Shown here one piece after another: positions 39,289 through 49,813 of a DNA stretch of 64,000 nt; position 1 is the first letter of the stretch, and each line of letters begins with the position of its first letter. The notes beneath the pieces were generated by a model that was not told where the DNA came from, ran no database searches, and saw nothing but the letters and a program-made list of their open reading frames with translations. The translations under genes and the position numbers were made by a program. The stretch comes from an uncultured archaeon (GTDB lineage Archaea; Asgardarchaeota; Lokiarchaeia; Sigyniarchaeales; SOKP01). The DNA lies in the NCBI GenBank assembly GCA_964632315.1, contig CAZWEM010000003.1, forward strand, positions 97,550 to 161,549, written 5' to 3'.

Positions 39289-40227
39289 ATGACAAGTAAT
39301 TATAGAGATCGCTTGCGAGGGACAAGGCCCGAAGCAGAGGATATAAATAGCTGTAGTACACCTGAACAATGCTGCGATAATCCTTGTATCGAGTCAAGAG
39401 ATGGCGACAATGTATGCATGAACTGTGGAATGATCGTTTCCAGAAACCTTGTTGGTAATGAGCGCCGCGCGTATACCGTAGAAGAGGTGAACAAGCGCCG
39501 CAGGACAGAACCGCGCTGGAGGGAATTTGGGCCACGTACCATGCTTCCAAACACCAAAATTGACTCAAAAGGAAGGTTAATCAACGCAAAAGGGAAGACA
39601 TTGTTCTCAAGATTATCAAAGATACAGAATTCATTGATTTCGAGTATTGAGCGAAATTTCTGGGAAGCAAAGCCTAAATTGAAGATGCTCACTTCAAAAA
39701 TGAACATCCCGGAGTACATAAAGGAGACTGCGTGGAAAATCTATAGTGTTGTAGCAAAAAAGAAATTAACAATGGGTCGATCAATTGACGGGTTCATTGC
39801 TGCTTCTTTATATGCTGCGATTCGAGTACATGAATTTCCACGATTGTTAGAAGAAGTTTGCGATGCCTCCATGACTCCCAGAAGAACAGTTCACCGTTCT
39901 TTAGGCATGATTGTCAAAGAAGTTTTGCCTGAACTTGGACTTAGATACCGTCCGATAACTGCTGAACAACTTGTATTTCGATTTGGTAATGATTTAGGCC
40001 TACCAATGGAAGTACAAAAGAAAGCCATCAACATGTTAGCCGAAGCGTCTAAAAATGGATTACTCCGTACTGGAAAAGATCCAAAAGGGTTAGCAGCAAG
40101 TGTAATTTACATGGCTGCGAAAGCAAGCAACTGTCGAAAGACACAAGCAGAAGTGTCCGATGTTGCCAAGGTCACAGAGGTTACTCTTCGAAGCCGTTCC
40201 AAGCAAATTAAGAGTAAATTAGCGTAA
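39289..40227 (+). CDS. tfb: transcription initiation factor IIB (TFB)
   Basis: Zn ribbon ..VCMNCG, two cyclin repeats (GRSIDGFIAASLY; GKDPKGLAASVIY), TQAEVS..A.VTEVTLR. Confidence 0.95.
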   Translation: MTSNYRDRLRGTRPEAEDINSCSTPEQCCDNPCIESRDGDNVCMNCGMIVSRNLVGNERRAYTVEEVNKRRRTEPRWREFGPRTMLPNTKIDSKGRLINAKGKTLFSRLSKIQNSLISSIERNFWEAKPKLKMLTSKMNIPEYIKETAWKIYSVVAKKKLTMGRSIDGFIAASLYAAIRVHEFPRLLEEVCDASMTPRRTVHRSLGMIVKEVLPELGLRYRPITAEQLVFRFGNDLGLPMEVQKKAINMLAEASKNGLLRTGKDPKGLAASVIYMAAKASNCRKTQAEVSDVAKVTEVTLRSRSKQIKSKLA

Positions 40228-40391
40228 GATTGTTAATTTATTCAATGATCAATTTAGATTTAGTTTGATTTTTTATTTTTTACTTCTTTCTATTTTTATT
40301 TTATACCCTAAGTTAGAACACTTTATAATATTTAATTGGTTCATAACGAAAACTAATCTCAATGAAGTTAAGAATTTATTTGATTAACTTT

Positions 40392-40652
40392 TTATTCGAT
40401 TTCTCTGATAATCACGTGACTTCTTTTTAGCATGGAAAATCCATAAATTACTAACAAGACACCTATTCCTGCCAGTAATATTGTTATCGGACCATATAGC
40501 AAGAACCAACTAGTTGCATAATTCACGGGGTTTATTGGAACATCGAATCCAATTGGTTCCACATTAGTGAATATCATTGATAATATTGGATTTCCTACTA
40601 AAAGATATCCTCCAATAATAATCAAGATTATAGCTAATAATTTTTTATACAT
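40392..40652 (-). CDS. small two-TM membrane protein
   Basis: 86-aa ORF with two hydrophobic helices. Confidence 0.6.
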   Translation of the reverse strand: MYKKLLAIILIIIGGYLLVGNPILSMIFTNVEPIGFDVPINPVNYATSWFLLYGPITILLAGIGVLLVIYGFSMLKRSHVIIREIE

Positions 40653-40718
40653 GCAATTAATTTACCAAATTTGTCAACTGCCTAAAATCTTTTAAGGATT
40701 ATCACTTAATAAATATTT

Positions 40719-41104
40719 TCATCTGATTAATCTAATGGTCTTAGTTAATTGAATTGGTTGGTAAAAAGCTATCTTCTTCTTATCTTGAGCATCTTTCTCG
40801 AGTCTTTTCCATTTTATTTTGTGAAGGACATAATGACTAATTAAGTAGCAAATTAGAACTGCTGATGGAGATAAAATGCCAATTTTCATGATGGGATGCA
40901 ATCCTAATGAGGCTAAGCTAAGAGATAGAACCAAAAGGACTGGGGATGAAAACGGCATATATGAAAAGCGCTAAATCTTAGGTTCAGTAATAAATGTCCT
41001 TGCTTGTTAAATATTGCATAAAACAATTGAATCAAGATAAAAATTAAGCCCACGCATACAACATTATCGACCAATGACATGAGAAAAGTTTCAACATTTA
41101 TCAA
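40719..41104 (-). pseudogene. probably frameshifted small membrane-protein gene
   Basis: Two overlapping hydrophobic ORFs (41104-40913 and 40958-40719) in different frames; GGGAG SD only before the first. Confidence 0.45.
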
Positions 41105-41367
41105 AGTTATCTCCCTTCAATTTAAATGATTATGACAGTAGTGTAAGATGTGTAGTTAGTCAATACCTTATTAAATCTTTTCGTAAATTAGGTAGTATTA
41201 GTTAAACTAATAAGAAGTTTGATAAAATAACATATAACCTATTTTAGAGAGTTTGATTAACTTTATTACTAAAAAATCATATAAAATCGTGATTTTTTCC
41301 AATTCAATAAGCATTGCATTTAAAAAAGCAATTATCATTTTATTTAATGCGCGTAGAGTGATTTATC

Positions 41368-42573
41368 ATGGAAACGAGTCAGATTATATTGGCCATTATA
41401 TTTCCTGTTGTTGGGTATCTTGTAGGATCTATCAATCCGGGTTACTTGTTAGGTAAGATGAAAGGAATCGATATTCGAGAGGAGGGAACGAAAAATGCTG
41501 GAACCTCGAATACTTATCACTTGTTGGGACTGAAATATGCTGTTCCAACAGCATTTTATGATACATTTAAGGGATTATTAGTGATTTTCATCGCAACTAT
41601 TGTCGGGACCCCTCAATTCTTTGCCCTTTTATCTGGAATCTTGGCAATTGTAGGACATGTATTTCCTTTCTACATGAACTTTAAGGGAGGTCAAGGAGTT
41701 GCCACGGCCACGGGAATGATGCTATTCTACATAGTTGCATACCTCACTCTTAATATAAACTTGCTTTACTTTCTCATTTTTGAAATGATCTTAGTAGGAA
41801 TTTTTACTTACATCACCCGGAGGGGAACACTTTTAGCTTTGATTGTAATACCTCCATTTGGCTACTTTATCTGGGTAACATATCCAGGAAACCCGTTTAA
41901 CCTCTTTTTATGGATTATTCTTGCACAGATTATATCCATTAATGTTTACAACGTCATTACCATGAAGGTAATACAAATAACTGATGAAAATTTTACAGGA
42001 CATAAATGGCGTGTGATTACACGTCCCCTCTCAATACTATTTGTAGTTTTTTATGTCATCTATTCACAAATAATAGCTTTATTGATTATAGGATGTGTTG
42101 CAATTATATTCATTTTATTAGACATTATTAGATTTCTACATAAACAAACCAATGTTGTTCTTCATGAAAAAGCAAAAGCTCTATTTCGTAAAAATGAATT
42201 CCAGAGGTTTTCATCGATGTCTGTATTTTTAGTCGCATTTTTTGTAACAATCCTAGTATTTCCCAAAGAAATCGCTATCGCAGCAAGTACTTTCCTCATT
42301 TTTGGGGATACCTTTGGAAAAGTATTTGGTCTTGCTTTTGGAAAACATAAGATCTTGAATAAAACCGTGGAAGGAACCTTAGCATATTATGGTTGCATGA
42401 TGATTTGTGGGTATGTTTTATATACACTGCTAAACGTATCTCCCTGGATACTCATCTTCGGTGGACTCTCAGCACCTTTAATCGAATTGTTTTCCATGGG
42501 GATAAATGATAACATCACAGTTCCCCTATTCAGTGGAGCTATAATGTACGTTGCATTTCTTGGAGGATTGTAA
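41368..42573 (+). CDS. plsY: PlsY-like glycerol-3-phosphate acyltransferase fused to a CTP-dependent polyprenol/DAG kinase domain, paralog 1
   Basis: GSINPG...DIREEGTKNAGTSN, D.FKG, GHVFP...FKGGQGVAT; GDTFG..FG..FGKHKI.NKTVEG...NDNITVP. Confidence 0.85.
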   Translation: METSQIILAIIFPVVGYLVGSINPGYLLGKMKGIDIREEGTKNAGTSNTYHLLGLKYAVPTAFYDTFKGLLVIFIATIVGTPQFFALLSGILAIVGHVFPFYMNFKGGQGVATATGMMLFYIVAYLTLNINLLYFLIFEMILVGIFTYITRRGTLLALIVIPPFGYFIWVTYPGNPFNLFLWIILAQIISINVYNVITMKVIQITDENFTGHKWRVITRPLSILFVVFYVIYSQIIALLIIGCVAIIFILLDIIRFLHKQTNVVLHEKAKALFRKNEFQRFSSMSVFLVAFFVTILVFPKEIAIAASTFLIFGDTFGKVFGLAFGKHKILNKTVEGTLAYYGCMMICGYVLYTLLNVSPWILIFGGLSAPLIELFSMGINDNITVPLFSGAIMYVAFLGGL

Positions 42574-42646
42574 ACAATAAAATAATCATTGTAAAATTAA
42601 GGGAGTTCATAATAAAATATTAAATCACATGAATAGATGAATAAAA

Positions 42647-43885
42647 ATGGATCCACTCGAATTATTTCTATTTGTAATCTCTCTCATAGTAGGATATGTT
42701 TTAGGAAGTTTAAATCCCGGTTATCTAATCGGGCGGATGAAGGGGATAGATATTCGTGAAGTTGGAACGAAGAATCCTGGAACTTCCAATGTGTGGCATT
42801 CTCTTGGAAAAAAATATGGAATTTTGACTGCAGCGTATGATATCTTCAAGAGTTTAATATCATGTATTCTCGCAATTTATCTTCTACAATTAGACTACTT
42901 TTTGGCCCAATTTTCAGGAATAATGGCAATATTAGGACACGTTTTCCCCTTTTACTTGAAATTTCACGGTGGAAAGGGAGTTGCAGCTGCAATTGGCATG
43001 CTTCCTTATTACGTCGCCATGTATATGATGCCTTTAATTCCTTCAAATCCATATGATCTTACGATGATTTTTCTGGTTTTGTATTTGGTTCCGATTGCAT
43101 TATTATTCATCTGGATTACTAAGTTGCTTAGCATGCTTGCATGGATAATCTTTCCTATTTTAGGATACGCATCTTATTATTATTATCTTGGAAATGAGTT
43201 CAATATTTTTTTCCTATTACATCTAGCATTTCTGTTTGGATTCGTAACTTATAGCGCTGTTATCAATAAAAAATTTCCCTTTAAAGGTAAAATTTTTAAG
43301 AATGATTGGATACGAATGCTACTTAGGCTTTTAACACTATTTTTCCTTGTTTTTTATGATCTTTTTACGAAATCGGTCTCATTCGTGATAATACTAATTT
43401 TTATGGCATTATTCGTTTCACTCGATATAAGAAGGATGTTAAAACATAAAAGTGGAGAGAAGACAGGTAAAGAAGGATCATCTCTATATAGATCAAATGA
43501 AGCAAAAAGCTTCTCCTCTATAAGTATTTATTTAGTTGCCTTTTTCGTGACTGTTTTAGCATTTCCCAGGGAAATCGCGTTTAGCGCAATAGTTTTTTTG
43601 ATCTTTGGGGATATTTTTAGCAAAGTAATAGGTTTGGTATTTGGTCGCCATAAAATCTTGGATAAAACAATCGAGGGAACGCTTGCTTATGGGGGATGCA
43701 TGGCTTTGTGTGGATACATTCTTTTTACTGTTTTGAACATCTCTCCAATAATTCTTATCTTCGGTGGAATAGCGGCTCCTTTGACTGAATTATTATCGAT
43801 TAAGATGAATGATAATTTTACCGTGTCAATAATAAGTGGTACAGTGATGCTTTATGTGGGATTTTTACTTGGGATATACGTTTAA
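42647..43885 (+). CDS. plsY: PlsY-kinase fusion, paralog 2
   Basis: Same two-domain motif set. Confidence 0.85.
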   Translation: MDPLELFLFVISLIVGYVLGSLNPGYLIGRMKGIDIREVGTKNPGTSNVWHSLGKKYGILTAAYDIFKSLISCILAIYLLQLDYFLAQFSGIMAILGHVFPFYLKFHGGKGVAAAIGMLPYYVAMYMMPLIPSNPYDLTMIFLVLYLVPIALLFIWITKLLSMLAWIIFPILGYASYYYYLGNEFNIFFLLHLAFLFGFVTYSAVINKKFPFKGKIFKNDWIRMLLRLLTLFFLVFYDLFTKSVSFVIILIFMALFVSLDIRRMLKHKSGEKTGKEGSSLYRSNEAKSFSSISIYLVAFFVTVLAFPREIAFSAIVFLIFGDIFSKVIGLVFGRHKILDKTIEGTLAYGGCMALCGYILFTVLNISPIILIFGGIAAPLTELLSIKMNDNFTVSIISGTVMLYVGFLLGIYV

Positions 43886-43980
43886 TATTAAATATTGGTA
43901 ATAGGATTATTCTTCGGTACATGTTTATAAACTTGCGAGAAATAACAATTTACACACAATAAATAATATTAATTTTATAC

Positions 43981-45216
43981 GTGATCAATTTGAATCCAAT
44001 TGTATTGACATTATTTATAGTTAGTCTTGTCTTGGGCTACTTGATAGGGACTATTAATCCTGGCTATATCTTTGGCAGAATCGTGAAAAAGATTGATCTT
44101 CGGGAAGTTGAAGATAAAAATGCGGGTACTACAAATACATATAAGGTATTGGGAATAAAATATGCAGTTCCGACAGCATTATATGACATATTTAAAGCAG
44201 TTATAGCTGTTATAATAAGTCTACTGATGGGATTGGATCCCGTATGGGCTCAATTTAGTGGTTTTATGACAATAATTGGTCATATATTCCCGTTCTATCT
44301 GAATTTTCGTGGAGGAAAGGGCGTAGCATCGGCGATAGGGATGTGGTTGTTTTATGTCGGTTTATATTGTTTTTATGACCTAGGTTTCATATTCATGTTG
44401 ATTTATTTTATCTTGCTTGCTGCTATTTTCAGCTACATAACTCGGTTATTTAACCTTATTCCTCTCACATCATTTTCTTTAATGGTAGTGTTTGTGTTTT
44501 TACATTATCCAGGAGCATTCATCTTAAAGTTTAACATTTGGTTTACAATCATCGTGGCTCATATCATCATATTCACCATGATTAATTTCACTTCAGAAGC
44601 AGAGATTAAAATCGATGATGAAAGTTTTACTGGTCATAAATGGCGTATTTTTTTACGATTTGGTACTATTATCTTCTTGTTTTTCTATGCGTTTATATCA
44701 TTAACCGTAGCCTTATTTTCAATTAGTATTTTTGCTGCGATTTTTATAAGCCTCGATTTTATTCGTTTAAGTAAGGAGTTTGGTAGCAAAGAGAATGAGC
44801 AGAGCTCATCTAAAGTGGATGCTCTATATCGTAAAAAAGAAAAGAAGAAATTTTCGTCTATTACGGTGTATTTAGTTGCATATTTCATTACACTAGTAAT
44901 TTTCCCAAAAAATATTGCTATCATTGTATCTGTGTTTTTAATATTTGGTGATACTTTTGGAAAATTCTTTGGTTTAGCTTTTGGAAAGCATAAAATCTTA
45001 GATAAAACCCTCGAGGGTTCTCTCGCCTACTTGGGAGTTGTATTAATATCTGGTTATTTATTATATGAGTTCTTAGATATTTCTCCAATTGTCTTGATTT
45101 TGGGAGGAATTTCAGCACCAATTACAGAATTATTAACATTGGATATGAACGATAACTTCACCGTTCCCCTCGTAAGTGGTGCTGTAATGGTCGCAGCCAC
45201 TCTTGCGGGATTATAA
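43981..45216 (+). CDS. plsY: PlsY-kinase fusion, paralog 3
   Basis: Same two-domain motif set; motif 1 diverged (DLREVEDKNAGTTN). Confidence 0.85.
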   Translation: MINLNPIVLTLFIVSLVLGYLIGTINPGYIFGRIVKKIDLREVEDKNAGTTNTYKVLGIKYAVPTALYDIFKAVIAVIISLLMGLDPVWAQFSGFMTIIGHIFPFYLNFRGGKGVASAIGMWLFYVGLYCFYDLGFIFMLIYFILLAAIFSYITRLFNLIPLTSFSLMVVFVFLHYPGAFILKFNIWFTIIVAHIIIFTMINFTSEAEIKIDDESFTGHKWRIFLRFGTIIFLFFYAFISLTVALFSISIFAAIFISLDFIRLSKEFGSKENEQSSSKVDALYRKKEKKKFSSITVYLVAYFITLVIFPKNIAIIVSVFLIFGDTFGKFFGLAFGKHKILDKTLEGSLAYLGVVLISGYLLYEFLDISPIVLILGGISAPITELLTLDMNDNFTVPLVSGAVMVAATLAGL

Positions 45217-45279
45217 CAATAAAATTTTTTTGTTATTTTATTTTTATTCACTCACCAGAGAAAATAATGAGCCTTTATT

Positions 45280-46071
45280 ATGTCCTATATCGAGGAAAAA
45301 TACACGAAGAAGATATATGAAATTCTTGAAAACTTAGTAAGTACAGAGGAGGATATTAAAGAATTATTATCAGAAAAGAATATCAAAAATTCTGTAAAAA
45401 TTGCTAAGTTATGTGCTTCATGCAATAAAGAAATTAATCTGATTTTAAAAAAGTATTACCCTGAAGTTAAGAGTTTAGATTCGAAACTGGAAATCAAGTC
45501 TCGCATGAAATTTTACTACGATTTGATTGACAAGCTTACTGACTTTGTTCGAAATGTTGATGAATTTAGAAGACTTGACGAAAAATATTTTGACTCCCTG
45601 ATTGAATTTATTGAAAACAAGGCGGATTTGATTAAAGAGAAATATAGAAATATTTCGACGAATGAATTAACAGCATTTTATGATAAAAAATCTCGAGAGA
45701 ATTTAGAAAGGATATTGGAACAGAATCTAGCTCAGAGAGAGCATCAATTCTTTACAATGGGACCGTTAGAAGAGGAGATTAAAAAAATTGGGCGTATAGC
45801 TGGTGCTGATGATGTTCTTATTTTCTCTCGTGAAAGGTTTCACGTGAAAGATATGAAATTAATAGAGGAACCAAATTCATTAATTCAATATTCAATTTAT
45901 TCCATGGATGAAGATAAACTAAAAAAGATTGGCCATGAAATAAGAACTTTTTTAATCTCAAAAGGTTATGAAGCGTTAATACTTTTGGTTGAGTTAATTG
46001 ATCTTGACATGGATCGGGAAGGTTTAGTGGGTAATGTATTGACAAACGCTGAATTACTAACTGATTTTTAA
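45280..46071 (+). CDS. hypothetical protein
   Basis: 263-aa soluble ORF; no recognised motif. Confidence 0.65.
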   Translation: MSYIEEKYTKKIYEILENLVSTEEDIKELLSEKNIKNSVKIAKLCASCNKEINLILKKYYPEVKSLDSKLEIKSRMKFYYDLIDKLTDFVRNVDEFRRLDEKYFDSLIEFIENKADLIKEKYRNISTNELTAFYDKKSRENLERILEQNLAQREHQFFTMGPLEEEIKKIGRIAGADDVLIFSRERFHVKDMKLIEEPNSLIQYSIYSMDEDKLKKIGHEIRTFLISKGYEALILLVELIDLDMDREGLVGNVLTNAELLTDF

Positions 46072-46152
46072 TATTTATAAGATTTATTTTTTGGGGTAAG
46101 CTAATCTTAGTAAAATATTTAATCTTTATTACATTCTATTTGATGATTTAGC

Positions 46153-47628
46153 ATGGCAAGTAAGAAAGAAGATGCCCCTCTTACTGGCATTACAGTTTCT
46201 AAAGAAGAAGATTTCTCTGCTTGGTATACAGAATTGATAAATAAAGCAGAGTTAGCTGATATTAGATACAACGTAAAAGGTTTTGTTGTATATCGAGAAT
46301 GGGCAACCATCACTATAAAAAAGATGTATGCCAAGTATGAAAAATGCATGGAAGATCATGGCCATCTACCGCTGACGATGCCATCTTTGATACCTGAAAG
46401 TAATTTCCTTTTAGAAGCTGAACACGTAGAGGGTTTTACTCCAGAAGTATTTTGGGTTACTGAGGCAGGGAGTTCAGGAGAGTTAACTGAAAGGTTAGCA
46501 CTAAGACCTACTAGCGAGACTGCATTATATAAAATGTATTCCTTATGGATCAGAAGTTATAAAGATCTTCCGTATAAGAGGTATCAATCTTGTCAAATAT
46601 GGCGATATGAAGGAAAAATGACAAGGCCATTTTTTAGAGGGAGGGAATTTCATTGGATTGAAGGGCATGATGTATTTGCGACAATGGAAGATGCTGAAGC
46701 ACAAGTAAAAGAAGACATGGAAATGACGTACCAAATGGTTCAAGATGAATTTAGTATTCCTATAATCTTTTTTGAGAGACCTCAATGGGATAAGTTTCCA
46801 GGAGCAGTCGCAACTTTTGCTGCAGATGCATTAATGGGATCTGGAAAGGTGATGCAACTTCCTTCTACTCATTTATTAGGACAAAATTTTGCAAAACCAT
46901 TCGAGGTAAAATTTGTCGATACGGATGGAGAAGAAAAATATGGATTTCAAACTTGCTATGGTCCAGCAATAAGTAGAATCTATGGTGCAATGATCGCTTT
47001 CCTCGGTGATGATAAGGGACTTATATTACCTTTTGATTTAGCTCCTGTCCAAATTGTGATCATTCCCATTTTATTCAAGGAGAAAGAAGAAATCGTGTTA
47101 GAAAAAGCAAAAGAAATACGAGAAAAATTAAAAACAAAATATACGGTAAAAATTGACGATTCTGATGATTCTCCAGGAAGTAAATTTTATTATTGGGAAT
47201 TAAGAGGAGTACCAATTCGAATCGAAATTGGACCTAGAGATGTTCAGAAGAATCAAGTTGTTATAGTGAAACGACATGACGGTAAAAAGTTATTTGTCAA
47301 AGAATTAGATTTACTTAAAACCATCTATGATATTGCAGAGAATTATACCACGGAAATTAAAGAAAAGTCAATGATTGACTTTGAATCACAAATCGAATGC
47401 GTTTCTGAAAAACAACTAGCTATTGAAGCGATTAATGATGGTAAAATCGTGTGTTGTGGATTTTGTTCAATTGATCTTGAAGGAGAGACTTGCGCTGAAG
47501 TTGTAGAAAAAGAAATTGGCGCCTTTGTTCGCGGTTCACGCGTTGATGAAGAGAAAAATACATTTGAGAAATGTATAATCTGTGGAAAGCCTGCTGGTTG
47601 TACTGTTTATATCGCAAAAAGTTATTAA
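46153..47628 (+). CDS. proS: prolyl-tRNA synthetase (archaeal/eukaryotic type)
   Basis: DFSAWY, EHVEGFTPEVFWVT, LALRPTSET, REFHW.EGH, HLLGQNFAKPF, C-terminal AKSY. Confidence 0.97.
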   Translation: MASKKEDAPLTGITVSKEEDFSAWYTELINKAELADIRYNVKGFVVYREWATITIKKMYAKYEKCMEDHGHLPLTMPSLIPESNFLLEAEHVEGFTPEVFWVTEAGSSGELTERLALRPTSETALYKMYSLWIRSYKDLPYKRYQSCQIWRYEGKMTRPFFRGREFHWIEGHDVFATMEDAEAQVKEDMEMTYQMVQDEFSIPIIFFERPQWDKFPGAVATFAADALMGSGKVMQLPSTHLLGQNFAKPFEVKFVDTDGEEKYGFQTCYGPAISRIYGAMIAFLGDDKGLILPFDLAPVQIVIIPILFKEKEEIVLEKAKEIREKLKTKYTVKIDDSDDSPGSKFYYWELRGVPIRIEIGPRDVQKNQVVIVKRHDGKKLFVKELDLLKTIYDIAENYTTEIKEKSMIDFESQIECVSEKQLAIEAINDGKIVCCGFCSIDLEGETCAEVVEKEIGAFVRGSRVDEEKNTFEKCIICGKPAGCTVYIAKSY

Positions 47629-47637
47629 CTTAATAGT

Positions 47638-49629
47638 TTATTTTGATTTCTTTCTTTTATATTGACTAATCCGAGTATATTTGACTTGAAAAGAAGACAC
47701 AACTCCTTTTTTAAACTTAATTAGTCGATACCCTGCAACTTTACTGGGTTTTTTATATGATTTAAACCCTAACGCAGGAGTTTGAACTACAAACGGCCCA
47801 TTTTTTTTGATTTTATTTGAACTACGATAATTATCAGCAAAATCGTCATAAAACACCGCTATAGGATTCTCAGTTGTATTCATGGATTGGAGTCTATATT
47901 CGTTTAGGATGTGAGTATGACCAGAGAGGGTTAGAATGCAATCATTGAAACAAGTATTAAACACAAAATCCCAGTTTGAAGAGATTGTACCATATTGAAT
48001 GTTAAACTTATCATCAATTCGAGCCATTTGATAGTAATCATTCTGAGATTTGAAATTGGATTCTTTAAATTCTTCTATTCCAGTTCTTTTTTCTTTTCTA
48101 AAAATTTTTTCCAAACGAGTCAGAATTCCCCTTTTTAGCGGAGTATTAATAGGAGGACCGTGTAACGATAAAAAAACTTGCCCATTTTTTTCTGCTTGTG
48201 TATTAAGTACATTTTTCAAGTATGAGACTTGCCTTTCAGTTATTCCAGTTAAAGAAGGACTTCCAGTGACATAATCGCCCAATTGAATGTATGAATCTGC
48301 TCCACTGTTAAGAAAAATAAAGAGCAAGTTCCCTAATTTAAGATAATAGTCTAAAGAAGGATTTATTTCTAAAAAATATGCATCTAAAGCACTTTGACTT
48401 TTGAGTATTGCTCTAATTGGTGAAATAGAATATTCCTCCTTTAATGCTTCTGCTTCAATTTTCTTTAAACCTACTTTCTTGTACATTCCGAACCAGCTTA
48501 AATCGTATTGCCAAGGTTTATAATCGTGATTTCCGGGAATAGTAAAAATAGGGCACATTAATTCTTGAGGATTAAATACCTCTTGGGAAGGTGGTTCATA
48601 TATATTGAGAATTATCTCTTTAAAAATCTTCCAATTACTATCATCGTATTCAAAATTGTCTGATTGTTCCGTAGACTTAATGCTAGAAATTGTAAAGTCA
48701 ACCAGATCACCTGTAAGGAAGATCAGATCAAGCTTATTCTTAAGAACTTTTTGGTTCATCTCATTAATGAAACATCGCAACAGATCATTAGGATTAACGA
48801 TTCTTTTATGAAGGGTCTCTAAATTTTGTTGAATTTTTGTCTCACTTAATTCATGGGGATTCTTTTCATAAGCTTCTTTGATTTTTTTTAACATGTGATC
48901 ATTACGCTCAGCAACGTGTAAATCGGTTGCTTGTACGACATTAAAATTTTTCCAATCGTTTTTAGTAATTACGAGTGAATGGAAATTAATTTTTTTATTT
49001 TCTTGCTCATCTGCATAATGAATATCAAACATGAGATAATTGTAATCTTTCAAAAAATCAAGAATTTCTAATTTTATTTTCAGATCAAAAGAAACTTTAT
49101 AGAAATTCTTTAAGTTTTTAATTTTATTAACTCTGTTAAAGTATTTTAAGGGTGTGCAGTAAATATCTTGTAAATAGCTAATATTATCAATCGTAATAGG
49201 ATTTACGGATTTTACCTCAAAGTTCTTTGGAAATAATGGCTCGCTTCTAAATGGTCTTTGTTCTAATGAAGGTATATCTTTTTTAGATATTTTTTTTATT
49301 GTAGTACTTTCATTACCCCGTTTATCATATTCACGTATTTCAATTTCCTTCTCTTTGCTGGGTTTTTTGAATGTAAATAGCTTTCCAACTTTCTCCCAAA
49401 AATTCTTAATCCTCTTCCATAATGACCTTTCTCCAATTTCTCTCGACAATTTCCAGCTGTATTGGATGATCGGGAAAAATTGCATGCTATTTGATAAGAC
49501 TTGAGCTATTTCATTTTCGGTTTTATTTGAAACAAATAGAAAGTTTAGTTTGACTTCTTGATCAGAATTAAGATTTACTTTTTCTATGATTAATGGATGT
49601 CCGATCTGCGGATTAAGTAATAATGTCAT
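47638..49629 (-). CDS. calcineurin-like metallophosphoesterase
   Basis: TDLH, TGDLVD, PGNHD, LH, SGHTH motifs. Confidence 0.85.
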   Translation of the reverse strand: MTLLLNPQIGHPLIIEKVNLNSDQEVKLNFLFVSNKTENEIAQVLSNSMQFFPIIQYSWKLSREIGERSLWKRIKNFWEKVGKLFTFKKPSKEKEIEIREYDKRGNESTTIKKISKKDIPSLEQRPFRSEPLFPKNFEVKSVNPITIDNISYLQDIYCTPLKYFNRVNKIKNLKNFYKVSFDLKIKLEILDFLKDYNYLMFDIHYADEQENKKINFHSLVITKNDWKNFNVVQATDLHVAERNDHMLKKIKEAYEKNPHELSETKIQQNLETLHKRIVNPNDLLRCFINEMNQKVLKNKLDLIFLTGDLVDFTISSIKSTEQSDNFEYDDSNWKIFKEIILNIYEPPSQEVFNPQELMCPIFTIPGNHDYKPWQYDLSWFGMYKKVGLKKIEAEALKEEYSISPIRAILKSQSALDAYFLEINPSLDYYLKLGNLLFIFLNSGADSYIQLGDYVTGSPSLTGITERQVSYLKNVLNTQAEKNGQVFLSLHGPPINTPLKRGILTRLEKIFRKEKRTGIEEFKESNFKSQNDYYQMARIDDKFNIQYGTISSNWDFVFNTCFNDCILTLSGHTHILNEYRLQSMNTTENPIAVFYDDFADNYRSSNKIKKNGPFVVQTPALGFKSYKKPSKVAGYRLIKFKKGVVSSFQVKYTRISQYKRKKSK

Positions 49630-49813
49630 TGAGAATCCTTTTGAAATAGATATTTAGAAACTATATATTATGCGTATAGTTCCTTTTTAAGAAATATTTT
49701 TCTCATTTTTTATTTTTTACCAATAATTTTTTATGAGTCCGATTTAAATAAGGTTATAATTTTAAATATAGTATCGAAGAATTAAAGAATCATTATTTCT
49801 AAGTTGACTAAAC

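Noticed and set aside
39178-39719. Minus-strand ORFs over tfb, and the many other 60-140 aa ORFs nested in larger genes
   Set aside because: Antisense or alternate-frame shadows of well-supported CDSs, with no motifs
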